DNA of 64,000 nt, taken from NCBI GenBank assembly GCA_964016885.1, contig OZ024759.1, positions 23,932,001 to 23,996,000 on the forward strand, read 5' to 3'. How positions within the stretch are numbered: position 1 is the stretch's first letter; the number at the start of each line of letters is the position of its first letter. This DNA is from Eledone cirrhosa (taxonomy: Eukaryota). This document shows positions 26,134 through 39,900 of the stretch, piece after piece. Position numbers and translations under genes: made by a program. The notes below the pieces were generated by a model. That model saw only the letters and a program-made list of their open reading frames with translations, made no database searches and had not been told where the DNA came from.

Positions 26134-29100
26134 ATGTGCTTTAACACTTTGATCCCAGTTTACTTCGATATATCCCTATATATCTCTATTTTTCTTTTAA
26201 CGGAAAACACCTTGCTGTCTGGCTATCTCTCCCCCAATCTACCTCATACTCTCTACCTCTTTTTGAGTAATCCCTTGCTTGTCTTTCAAGCAAGTTGGTC
26301 TTTACTCCTATGGACGTATAAACCTTTACACTATCTCATAACCATTCCTATATTCGTCTTTCCAAAACATATGCTCTAACACTTTGAGCCCAGTTTACTT
26401 CGATATATCTCTATATATCTCTATCTTCCTTTTAACGGAAAACACCATGCTGTCTGGCTATCTCTCACCCAATCTACCTCATACTCTCTACCTCTTTTTG
26501 AGTAATCCATTGCTTGTCTTTCAAGCAAGTTGGTCTTTGCTCCTATGGACGTATAAACCTTTACACTATCTCATAATCATTCCTATATTCGTCTTTCCAA
26601 GGCATGTGCTTTCACACTTTGAGCCCAGTATACTTCGATATATCTCTATATACCTCTATTTTCCTTTTAAGGGAAAACACCATGCTGTCTGGCTATCTCT
26701 CTCCCAATCTATTTCATACTCTCTACCTCTTTTTGAGTAATCCCTTGCTTGTCTTTCAAGTAAGTTGGTCTTTACTCCTATGGACATATAAACCTTTACA
26801 CTATCTCATAACCATTCCTATATTCGTCTTTCCAAGTCATGTGCTTTCACACTTTGAGCCCAGTTTACTTCGATATATCTCTATATATCTCTATTTTCCT
26901 TTTAACGGAAAACACCATGCTGTCTGGCTATCTCTCTCCCAATCTACCTCATACTCTCTACCACTTTTTCAGTAATCCCTTGCTTGTCTTTCAAGCAAGT
27001 TGGTCTTTGCTCCTATGGACGTATAAACCTTTACACTATCTCATAACCATTCCTATATTCGTCTTTCCAAAACATGTGCTTTAACACTTTGAGCCCAGTT
27101 TACTTCGATATATCCCTATATATCTCTATTTTCCTTTTAACGGAAAACACCATGCTGTCTGGCTCACTCTCTCCCTTATCTACCTCATGCGATCTACCTC
27201 TTTTTGAGTAATCCCTTGCTTGTCTTTCAAGCAAGTTGGTCTTTACTCCTATGGACGTATAAACTTTTACACTATCTCATAACCATTCCTATATTCGTCT
27301 TTCCAAGTCATGTGCTTTCACACTTTGAGCCCAGTTTACTTCGATATATCTCTATATATCTCTATCTTCCTTTTAACGGAAAACACCATGCTGTCTGGCT
27401 ATCTCTCACCCAATCTACCTCATACTCTCTACCTCTTTTTGAGTAATCCCTTGCTTGTCTTTCAAGCAAGTTGGTCTTTACTCCTATGGACGTATAAACC
27501 TTTACACTATCTCATAACCATTCCTATATTCGTCTTTCCAAGTCATGTGCTTTCACACTTTGAGCCCAGTTTACTTCGATATATCCCTATATATCTCTAT
27601 TTTCCTTTTAACGGAAAACACCATGCTGTCTGGCTATCTCTCTCCCAATCTACCTCATACTCTCTACCTCTTTTTGAGTAATCCCTTGCTTGTCTTTCAA
27701 GCAAGTTGGTCTTTACTCCTATGGACGTATAAACCTTTACACTATCTCATAACCATTCCTATATTCGTCTTTCCAAGTCATGTGCTTTCACACTTTGAGC
27801 CCAGTTTACTTCGATATATCTCTATATATCTCTATTTTCCTTTTAACGGAAAACACCATGCTGTCTGGCTATCTCTCTCCCAATCTACCTCATACTCTCT
27901 ACCTCTTTTTGAGTAATCCCTTGCTTGTCTTTCAAGCAAGTTGGTCTTTGCTCCTATGGACGTATAAACCTTTACACTATCTCATAACCATTCCTATATT
28001 CGTCTTTCCAAAACATGTGCTTTAACACTTTGAGCCCAGTTTACTTCGATATATCTCTATATAGCTCTATCTTCCTTTTAACGGAAAACACCATGCTGTC
28101 TGGCTATCTCTCTCCTAATCTACCTCATACTCTCTACCTCTTTTTGAGTAACCCTTGCTTGTCTTTCAAGCAAGTTGGTCTTTACTCCTATGGACGTATA
28201 AACCTTTACACTATCTCATAACCATTCCTATATTCGTCTTTCCAAAACATGTGCTTTAACACTTTGAGCCCAGTTTACTTCGATATATCCCTATATATCG
28301 CTATTTTCCTTTTAACGGAAAACACCATGCTGTCTGGCTATCTCTCTCCCAATCTACCTCATACTCTCTACCTCTTTTTGAGTAATCCCTTGCTTGTCTT
28401 TCAAGCAAGTTGGTCTTTACTCCTATGGACGTATAAACCTTTACACTATCTCATAACCATTCCTATATTCGTCTTTCCAAGTCATGTGATTTCACACTTT
28501 GAGCCCAGTTTACTTCGATATATCTCTATATATCTCTATTTTCCTTTTAACGGAAAACACCATGCTGTCTGGCTATCTCTCTCCCAATCTACCTCATACT
28601 CTCTACCTCTTTTTGAGTAATCCCTTGCTTGTCTTTCAAGCAAGTTGGTCTTTACTCCTATGGACGTATAAACCTTTACACTATCTCATAACCATTCCTA
28701 TATTCGTCTTTCCAAGTCATGTGCTTTCACACTTTGAGCCCAGTTTACTTCGATATATCTCTATATAGCTCTATCTTCCTTTTAACGGAAAACACCATGC
28801 TGTCTGGCTATCTCTCACCCAATCTACCTCATACTCTCTACCTCTTTTTGAGTAATCCCTTGCTTGTCTTTCAAGCAAGTTGGTCTTTACTCCTATGGAC
28901 GTATAAACCTTTACACTATCTCATAACCATTCCTATATTCGTCTTTCCAAGTCATGTGCTTTCACACTTTGAGCCCAGTTTACTTCGATATATCTCTATA
29001 TATCTCTATCTTCCTTTTAACGGAAAACACCATGCTGTCTGGCTATCTCTCTCCCAATCTACCTCATACTCTCTACCTCTTTTTGAGTAATCCCTTGCTT

Positions 29101-31305
29101 GTCTTACAAGCAAGTTGGTCTTTGCTCCTATGGACGTATAAACCTTTACACTATCTCATAACCATTCCTATATTCGTCTTTCCAAAACATGTGCTTTAAC
29201 ACTTTGAGCCCAGTTTACTTCGATATATCCCTATATATCTCTATTTTCCTTTTAACGGAAAACACCATGCTGTCTGGCTCACTCTCTCCCTTATCTACCT
29301 CATGCGATCTACCTCTTTTTGAGTAATCCCTTGCTTGTCTTTCAAGCAAGTTGGTCTTTACTCCTATGGACGTATAAACTTTTACACTATCTCATAACCA
29401 TTCCTATATTCGTCTTTCCAAGTCATGTGCTTTCACACTTTGAGCCCAGTTTACTTCGATATATCCCTATATATCTCTATTTTCCTTTTAACGGAAAACA
29501 CCATGCTGTCTGTCTATCTCTCTCCCAATCTACCTCATACTCTCTACCTCTTTTTGAGTAATCCCTTGCTTGTCTTTCAAGCAAGTTGGTCTTTACTCCT
29601 ATGGACGTATAAACCTTTACTCTATCTCACAACCACTCCTATATTGGTCTTTCCAAGTCATGTGCTTTAACACTTTGATCCCAGTTTACTTCGATATATC
29701 CCTATATATCTCTATTTTCCTTTTAACGGAAAACACCTTGCTGTCTGGCTATCTCTCCCCCAATCTACCTCATACTCTCTACCTCTTTTTGAGTAATCCC
29801 TTGCTTGTCTTTCAAGCAAGTTGGTCTTTACTCCTATGGACGTATAAACCTTTACACTATCTCATAACCATTCCTATATTCGTCTTTCCAAAACATATGC
29901 TCTAACACTTTGAGCCCAGTTTACTTCGATATATCTCTATATATCTCTATCTTCCTTTTAACGGAAAACACCATGCTGTCTGGCTATCTCTCACCCAATC
30001 TACCTCATACTCTCTACCTCTTTTTGAGTAATCCATTGCTTGTCTTTCAAGCAAGTTGGTCTTTGCTCCTATGGACGTATAAACCTTTACACTATCTCAT
30101 AATCATTCCTATATTCGTCTTTCCAAGTCATGTGCTTTCACACTTTGAGCCCAGTTTACTTCGATATATCTCTATATATCTCTATTTTCCTTTTAAGGGA
30201 AAACACCATGCTGTCTGGCTATCTCTCTCCCAATCTATTTCATACTCTCTACCTCTTTTTGAGTAATCCCTTGCTTGTCTTTCAAGCAAGTTGGTCTTTA
30301 CTCCTATGGACATATAAACCTTTACACTATCTCATAACCATTCCTATATTCGTCTTTCCAAGTCATGTGCTTTCACACTTTGAGCCCAGTTTACTTCGAT
30401 ATATCTCTATATATCTCTATTTTCCTTTTAACGGAAAACACCATGCTGTCTGGCTATCTCTCTCCCAATCTACCTCATACTCTCTACCACTTTTTGAGTA
30501 ATCCCTTGCTTCTTTTTCAAGCAAGTTGGTCTTTGCTCCTATGGACGTATAAACCTTTACACTATCTCATAACCATTCCTATATTCGTCTTTCCAAAACA
30601 TGTGCTTTAACACTTTGAGCCCAGTTTACTTCGATATATCCCTATATATCTCTATTTTCCTTTTAACGGAAAACACCATGCTGTCTGGCTCACTCTCTCC
30701 CTTATCTACCTCATGCGATCTACCTCTTTTTGAGTAATCCCTTGCTTGTCTTTCAAGCAAGTTGGTCTTTACTCCTATGGACGTATAAACTTTTACACTA
30801 TCTCATAACCATTCCTATATTCGTCTTTCCAAGTCATGTGCTTTCACACTTTGAGCCCAGTTTACTTCGATATATCTCTATATATCTCTATCTTCCTTTT
30901 AACGGAAAACACCATGCTGTCTGGCTATCTCTCACCCAATCTACCTCATACTCTCTACCTCTTTTTGAGTAATCCCTTGCTTGTCTTTCAAGCAAGTTGG
31001 TCTTTACTCCTATGGACGTATAAACCTTTACACTATCTCATAACCATTCCTATATTCGTCTTTCCAAGTCATTTGCTTTCACACTTTGAGCCCAGTTTAC
31101 TTCGATATATCCCTATATATCTCTATTTTCCTTTTAACGGAAAACACCATGCTGTCTGGCTATCTCTCTCCCAATCTACCTCATACTCTCTACCTCTTTT
31201 TGAGTAATCCCTTGCTTGTCTTTCAAGCAAGTTGGTCTTTACTCCTATGGACGTATAAACCTTTACACTATCTCATAACCATTCCTATATTCGTCTTTCC
31301 AAGTC
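26134..31305 (+). repeat. Partial duplication of a ~7-monomer block at a 15-monomer offset (3526 bp)
   Basis: 26134/29660, 26384/29910, 26604/30130, 26839/30365, 27204/30730, 27310/30836. Shared alleles catatgctct, aatccattg, ttaaggga and tctatttcat. Confidence 0.85.
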
Positions 31306-31540
31306 ATTTGCTTTCACACTTTGAGCCCAGTTTACTTCGATATATCCCTATATATCTCTATTTTCCTTTTAACGGAAAACACCATGCTGTCTGGCTATCT
31401 CTCTCCCAATCTACCTCATACTCTCTACCTCTTTTTGAGTAATCCCTTGCTTCTCTTTCAAGCAAGTTGGTCTTTGCTCCTATGGACGTATAAACCTTTA
31501 CACTATCTCATAACCATTCCTATATTCGTCTTTCCAAAAC

Positions 31541-34500
31541 ATGTGCTTTAACACTTTGAGCCCAGTTTACTTCGATATATCTCTATATATCTCTATCTTC
31601 CTTTTAACGGAAAACACCATGCTGTCTGGCTATCTCTCACCCAATCTACCTCATACTCTCTACCTCTTTTTGAGTAATCCCTTGCTTGTCTTTCAAGCAA
31701 GTTGGTCTTTGCTCCTATGGACGTATAAACCTTTACACTATCCCATAATCATTCCTATATTCGTCTTTTCAAGTCATGTGCTTTCACACTTTGAGCCCAG
31801 TTTACTTCGATATATCTCTATATATCTCTATCTTCCTTTTAACGGAAAACACCATGCTGTCTGGCTATCTCTCACCCAATCTACCTCATACTCTCTACCT
31901 CTTTTTGAGTAATCCCTTGCTTGTCTTTCAAGCAAGTTGGTCTTTACTCCTATGGACGTATAAACCTTTACACTATCTCATAACCATTCCTATATTCGTC
32001 TTTCCAAGTCATGTGCTTTCACACTTTGAGCCCAGTTTACTTCGATATATCCCTATATATCTCTATTTTCCTTTTAACGGAAAACACCATGCTGTCTGGC
32101 TATCTCTCTCCCAATCTACCTCATACTCTCTACCTCTTTTTGAGTAATCCCTTGCTTGTCTTTCAAGCAAGTTGGTCTTTACTCCTATGGACGTATAAAC
32201 CTTTACACTATCTCATAACCATTCCTATATTCGTCTTTCCAAGTCATGTGCTTTCACACTTTGAGCCCAGTTTACTTCGATATATCTCTATATATCTCTA
32301 TTTTCCTTTTAACGGAAAACACCATGCTGTCTGGCTATCTCTCTCCCAATCTACCTCATACTCTCTACCACTTTTTGAGTAATCCCTTGCTTGTCTTTCA
32401 AGCAAGTTGGTCTTTGCTCCTATGGACGTATAAACCTTTACACTATCTCATAACCATTCCTATATTCGTCTTTCCAAGTCATGTGCTTTAACACTTTGAG
32501 CCCAGTTTACTTCGATATATCCCTATATATCTCTATTTTCCTTTTAACGGAAAACACCATGCTGTCTGGCTCACTCTCTCCCTTATCTACCTCATGCGAT
32601 CTACCTCTTTTTGAGTAATCCCTTGCTTGTCTTTCAAGCAAGTTGGTCTTTACTCCTATGGACGTATAAACTTTTACACTATCTCATAACCATTCCTATA
32701 TTCGTCTTTCCAAGTCATGTGCTTTCACACTTTGAGCCCAGTTTACTTCGATATATCCCTATATATCTCTATATTCCTTTTAACGGAAAACACCATGCTG
32801 TCTGGCTCTCTCTCTCCCTTATCTACCTCATGCGATCTACCTCTTTTTGAGTAATTCCTTGCTTGTCTTTCAAGCAAGTTGGTCATTACTCCTATGGACG
32901 TATAAACCTTTACGCTATCTCATAACCACTCCTATATTCGTATTTCCAAGTCATGTGCTTTAACACTTTGAGCCCAGTTTACTTCGATATATCCCTATAT
33001 ATCTCTATTTTCCTTTTAACGGAAAACACCTAGCTGTCTGGCTATCTCTCTCCCAATCTATCTCATACTCTCTACCTCTTTTTGAGTAATCCCTTGCTTG
33101 TCTTTCAAGCAAGTTGGTCTTTACTCCTATGGACGTATAAACCTTTACACTATCTCATAACCATTCCTATATTCGTCTTTCCAAAACATGTGCTTTAACA
33201 CTTTGAGCCCAGTTTACTTCGATATATCTCTATATATCTCTATCTTCCTTTTAACGGAAAACACCATGCTGTCTGGCTATCTCTCACCCAATCTACCTCA
33301 TACTCTCTACCTCTTTTTGAGTAATCCCTTGCTTGTCTTTCAAGCAAGTTGGTCTTTGCTCCTATGGACGTATAAACCTTTACACTATCTCATAATCATT
33401 CCTATATTCGTCTTTTCAAGTCATGTGCTTTCACACTTTGAGCCCAGTTTACTTCGATATATCCCTATATATCTCTATTTTCCTTTTAACGGAAAACACC
33501 ATGCTGTCTGGCTATCTCTCTCCCAATCTACCTCATACTCTCTACCTCTTTTTGAGTAATCCCTTGCTTGTCTTTCAAGCAAGTTGGTCTTTACTCCTAT
33601 GGACGTATAAACCTTTACACTATCTCATAACCATTCCTATATTCGTCTTTCCAAGTCATGTGCTTTCACACTTTGAGCCCAGTTTACTTCGATATATCTC
33701 TATATATCTCTATTTTCCTTTTAACGGAAAACACCATGCTGTCTGGCTATCTCTCTCCCAATCTACCTCATACTCTCTACCACTTTTTGAGTAATCCCTT
33801 GCTTGTCTTTCAAGCAAGTTGGTCTTTGCTCCTATGGACGTATAAACCTTTACACTATCTCATAACCATTCCTATATTCGTCTTTCCAAAACATGTGCTT
33901 TAACACTTTGAGCCCAGTTTACTTCGATATATCCCTATATATCTCTATTTTCCTTTTAACGGAAAACACCATGCTGTCTGGCTCACTCTCTCCCTTATCT
34001 ACCTCATGCGATCTACCTCTTTTTGAGTAATCCCTTGCTTGTCTTTCAAGCAAGTTGGTCTTTACTCCTATGGACGTATAAACTTTTACACTATCTCATA
34101 ACCATTCCTATATTCGTCTTTCCAAGTCATGTGCTTTCACACTTTGAGCCCAGTTTACTTCGATATATCCCTATATATCTCTATATTCCTTTTAACGGAA
34201 AACACCATGCTGTCTGGCTCTCTCTCTCCCTTATCTACCTCATGCGATCTACCTCTTTTTGAGTAATTCCTTGCTTGTCTTTCAAGCAAGTTGGTCATTA
34301 CTCCTATGGACGTATAAACCTTTACGCTATCTCATAACCACTCCTATATTCGTATTTCCAAGTCATGTGCTTTAACACTTTGAGCCCAGTTTACTTCGAT
34401 ATATCCCTATATATCTCTATTTTCCTTTTAACGGAAAACACCTTGCTGTCTGGCTATCTCTCTCCCAATCTACCTCATACTCTCTACCTCTTTTTGAGTA

Positions 34501-35800
34501 ATCCCTTGCTTGTCTTTCAAGCAAGTTGGTCTTTACTCCTATGGACGTATAAACCTTTACACTATCTCATAACCATTCCTATATTCGTCTTTCCAAAACA
34601 TGTGCTTTAACACTTTGAGCCCAGTTTACTTCGATATATCTCTATATATCTCTATCTTCCTTTTAACGGAAAACACCATGCTGTCTGGCTATCTCTCACC
34701 CAATCTACCTCATACTCTCTACCTCTTTTTGAGTAATCCCTTGCTTGTCTTTCAAGCAAGTTGGTCTTTGCTCCTATGGACGTATAAACCTTTACACTAT
34801 CTCATAATCATTCCTATATTCGTCTTTTCAAGTCATGTGCTTTCACACTTTGAGCCCAGTTTACTTCGATATATCTCTATATATCTCTATCTTCCTTTTA
34901 ACGGAAAACACCATGCTGTCTGGCTATCTCTCACCCAATCTACCTCATACTCTCTACCTCTTTTTGAGTAATCCCTTGCTTGTCTTTCAAGCAAGTTGGT
35001 CTTTACTCCTATGGACGTATAAACCTTTACACTATCTCATAACCATTCCTATATTCGTCTTTCCAAGTCATGTGCTTTCACACTTTGAGCCCAGTTTATT
35101 TCGATATATCTCTATATATCTCTATTTTCCTTTTAACGGAAAACACCATGCTGTCTGGCTATCTCTCTCCCAATCTACCTCATACTCTCTACCACTTTTT
35201 GAGTAATCCCTTGCTTGTCTTTCAAGCAAGTTGGTCTTTGCTCCTATGGACGTATAAACCTTTACACTATCTCATAACCATTCCTATATTCGTCTTTCCA
35301 AAACATGTGCTTTAACACTTTGAGCCCAGTTTACTTCGATATATCCCTATATATCTCTATTTTCCTTTTAACGGAAAACACCATGCTGTCTGGCTCACTC
35401 TCTCCCTTATCTACCTCATGCGATCTACCTCTTTTTGAGTAATCCCTTGCTTGTCTTTCAAGCAGGTTGGTCTTTACTCCTATGGACGTATAAACTTTTA
35501 CACTATCTCATAACCATTCCTATATTCGTCTTTCCAAGTCATGTGCTTTCACACTTTGAGCCCAGTTTACTTCGATATATCCCTATATATCTCTATATTC
35601 CTTTTAACGGAAAACACCATGCTGTCTGGCTCTCTCTCTCCCTTATCTACCTCATGCGATCTACCTCTTTTTGAGTAATTCCTTGCTTGTCTTTCAAGCA
35701 AGTTGGTCATTACTCCTATGGACGTATAAACCTTTACGCTATCTCATAACCACTCCTATATTCGTATTTCCAAGTCATGTGCTTTAACACTTTGAGCCCA
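31541..35800 (+). repeat. 6-7-monomer HOR, about three copies (period 1412 bp; first unit 1647 bp)
   Basis: 32246/33658/35070 and 32611/34023/35435 are spaced by 1412. Units start at 31541, 33188 and 34600. Each has a B1-B2 pair with tatattcc and cgtatttcc. Confidence 0.88.
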
Positions 35801-36954
35801 GTTTACTTCGATATATCTCTATATATCTCTATTTTCCTTTTAACGGAAAACACCATGCTGTATGGCTATCTCTCTCCCAATCTACCTCATACTCTCTACC
35901 TCTTTTTGAGTAATCCCTTGCTTGTCTTTCAAGCAAGTTGGTCTTTACTCCTATGGACGTATAAACCTTTACACTATCTCATAACCATTCCTATATTCGT
36001 CTTTCCAAAACATGTGCTTTAACACTTTGAGCCCAGTTTACTTCGATATATCCCTATATATCTCTATTTTCCTTTTAACGGAAAACACCATGCTGTCTGG
36101 CTATCTCTCTCCCTTATCTACCTCATGCGATCTACCTCTTTTTGAGTAATTCCTTGCTTGTCTTTCAAGCAAGTTGGTCATTACTCCTATGGACGTATAA
36201 ACCTTTACGCTATCTCATAACCACTCCTATATTCGTCTTTCCAAGTCATGTGCTTTAACACTTTGAGCCCAGTTTACTTCGATATATCCCTATATATCTC
36301 TATTTCCCTTTTAACGGAAAACACCTTGCTATCTGGCTATCTCTCTCCCAATCTACCTCATACTCTCTACCTCTTTTTGAGTAATCCCTTGCTTGTCTTT
36401 CAAGCAAGTTGGTCTTTACTCCTATGGACGTATAAACCTTTACACTATCTCATAACCATTCCTATATTCGTCTTTCCAAAACATGTGCTTTAACACTTTG
36501 AGCCCAGTTTACTTCGATATATCTCTATATATCTCTATCTTCCTTTTAACGGAAAACACCATGCTGTCTGGCTATCTCTCACCCAATCTACCTCATACTC
36601 TCTACCTCTTTTAGAGTAATCCCTTGCTTGTCTTTCAAGCAAGTTGGTCTTTGCTCCTATGGACGTATAAACCTTTACACTATCTCATAACCATTCCTAT
36701 ATTCGTCTTTCCAAAACATGTGCTTTAACACTTTGAGCCCAGTTTACTTCGATATATCCCTATATATCTCTATTTTCCTTTTAACGGAAAACACCATGCT
36801 GTCTGGCTCACTCTCTCCCTTATCTACCTCATGCGATCTACCTCTTTTTGAGTAATCCCTTGCTTGTCTTTCAAGCAAGTTGGTCTTTACTCCTATGGAC
36901 ATATAAACCTTTACACTATCTCATAACCATTCCTATATTCGTCTTTCCAAAACA

Positions 36955-39900
36955 TGTGCTTTAACACTTTGAGCCCAGTTTACTTCGATATATCCCTATA
37001 TATCTCTATTTTCCTTTTAACGGAAAACACCATGCTGTCTGGCTCACTCTCTCCCTTATCTACCTCATGCGATCTACCTCTTTTTGAGTAATCCCTTGCT
37101 TGTCTTTCAAGCAAGTTGGTCTTTACTCCTATGGACGTATAAACTTTTACACTATCTCATAACCATTCCTATATTCGTCTTTCCAAGTCATGTGCTTTCA
37201 CACTTTGAGCCCAGTTTACTTCGATATATCTCTATATATCTCTATCTTCCTTTTAACGGAAAACACCATGCTGTCTGGCTATCTCTCACCCAATCTACCT
37301 CATACTCTCTACCTCTTTTTGAGTAATCCCTTGCTTGTCTTTCAAGCAAGTTGGTCTTTACTCCTATGGACGTATAAACCTTTACACTTTCTCATAACCA
37401 TTCCTATATTTATCTTTCCAAGTCATGTGCTTTAACATTTTGAGCCCAGTTTACTTCGATATATCCCTATATATCTCTATTTTCCTTTTAATGGAAAACT
37501 CCATGCTGTCTGGCTATCTCTCTCCCAATCTACCTCATACTCTCTAGCACTTTTTTAGTAATCCCTTGCTTGTCTTTCAAGCATGTTGGTCTTTACTCCT
37601 ATGGACGTATAAACCTTTACACTATCTCATAACCATTCCTATATTCGTCTTTCCAAGTCATGTGCTTTCACACTTTGAGCCCAGTTTACTTCGATATATC
37701 TCTATATATCTCTATTTTCCTTTTAACGGAAAACACCATGCTGTCTGGCTATCTCTCTCCCAATCTACGTCATGCTCTCTACCTCTTTTTGAGTAATCCC
37801 TTGCTTGTCTTTCAAGCAAGTTGGTCTTTACTCCTATGGACATATAAACCTTTACACTATCTCATAACCATTCCTATATTCGTCTTTCCAAAACATGTGC
37901 TTTAACACTTTGAGCCCAGTTTACTTCGATATATCCCTATATATCTCTATTTTCCTTTTAACGGAAAACACCATGCTGTCTGGCTATCTCTCTCCCTTAT
38001 CTACCTCATGCGATCTACCTCTTTTTGAGTAATTCCTTGCTTGTCTTTCAAGCAAGTTGGTCATTACTCCTATGGACGTATAAACCTTTACGCTATCTCA
38101 TAACCACTCCTATATTCGTCTTTCCAAGTCATGTGCTTTAACACTTTGAGCCCAGTTTAATTCGATATATCCCTATATATCTCTATTTCCCTTTTAACGG
38201 AAAACACCTTGCTATCTGGCTATCTCTCTCCCAATCTACCTCATACTCTCTACCTCTTTTTGAGTAATCCCTTGCTTGTCTTTCAAGCAAGTTGGTCTTT
38301 ACTCCTATGGACGTATAAACCTTTACACTATCTCATAACCATTCCTATATTCGTCTTTCCAAAACATGTGCTTTAACACTTTGAGCCCAGTTTACTTCGA
38401 TATATCTCTATATATCTCTATCTTCCTTTTAACGGAAAACACCATGCTGTCTGGCTATCTCTCACCCAATCTACCTCATACTCTCTACCTCTTTTTGAGT
38501 AATCCCTTGCTTGTCTTTCAAGCAAGTTGGTCTTTGCTCCTATGGACGTATAAACCTTTACACTATCTCATAATCATTCCTATATTCGTCTTTCCAAGTC
38601 ATGTGCTTTCACACTTTGAGCCCAGTTTACTTCGATATATCTCTATATATCTCTATTTTCCTTTTAACGGAAAACACCATGCTGTCTGGCTATCTCTCTC
38701 CCAATCTACCTCATACTCTCTACCTCTTTTTGAGTAATCCCTTGCTTGTCTTTCAAGCAAGTTGATCTTTACTCCTATGGACATATAAACCTTTACACTA
38801 TCTCATAACCATTCCTATATTCGTCTTTCCAAAACATGTGCTTTAACACTTTGAGCCCAGTTTACTTCGATATATCCCTATATATCTCTATTTTCCTTTT
38901 AACGGAAAACACCATGCTGTCTGGCTATCTCTCTCCCAATCTACCTCATACTCTCTAGCACTTTTTTAGTAATCCCTTGCTTGTCTTTCAAGCAAGTTGG
39001 TCTTTACTCCTATGGACGTATAAACCTTTACACTATCTCATAACCATTCCTATATTCGTCTTTCCAAGTCATGTGCTTTCACACTTTGAGCCCAGTTTAC
39101 TTCGATATATCTCTATATATCTCTATTTTCCTTTTAACGGAAAACACCATGCTGTCTGGCTATCTCTCTCCCAATCTACCTCATACTCTCTACCTCTTTT
39201 TGAGTAATCCCTTGCTTGTCTTTCAAGCAAGTTGGTCTTTACTCCTATGGACGTATAAACCTTTACACTATCTCATAACCATTCCTATATTCGTCTTTCC
39301 AAAACATGTGCTTTAACACTTTGAGCCCAGTTTACTTCGATATATCCCTATATATCTCTATTTTCCTTTTAACGGAAAACACCATGCTGTCTGGCTATCT
39401 CTCTCCCTTATCTACCTCATGCGATCTACCTCTTTTTGAGTAATTCCTTGCTTGTCTTTCAAGCAAGTTGGTCATTACTCCTATGGACGTATAAACCTTT
39501 ACGCTATCTCATAACCACTCCTATATTCGTCTTTCCAAGTCATGTGCTTTCACACTTTGAGCCCAGTTTACTTCGATATATCTCTATATATCTCTATTTT
39601 CCTTTTAACGGAAAACACCATGCTGTCTGGCTATCTCTCTCCCAATCTACCTCATACTCTCTACCTCTTTTTGAGTAATCCCTTGCTTGTCTTTCAAGCA
39701 AGTTGGTCTTTACTCCTATGGACATATAAACCTTTACACTATCTCATAACCATTCCTATATTCGTCTTTCCAAAACATGTGCTTTAACACTTTGAGCCCA
39801 GTTTACTTCGATATATCCCTATATATCTCTATTTTCCTTTTAACGGAAAACACCATGCTGTCTGGCTCACTCTCTCCCTTATCTACCTCATGCGATCTAC

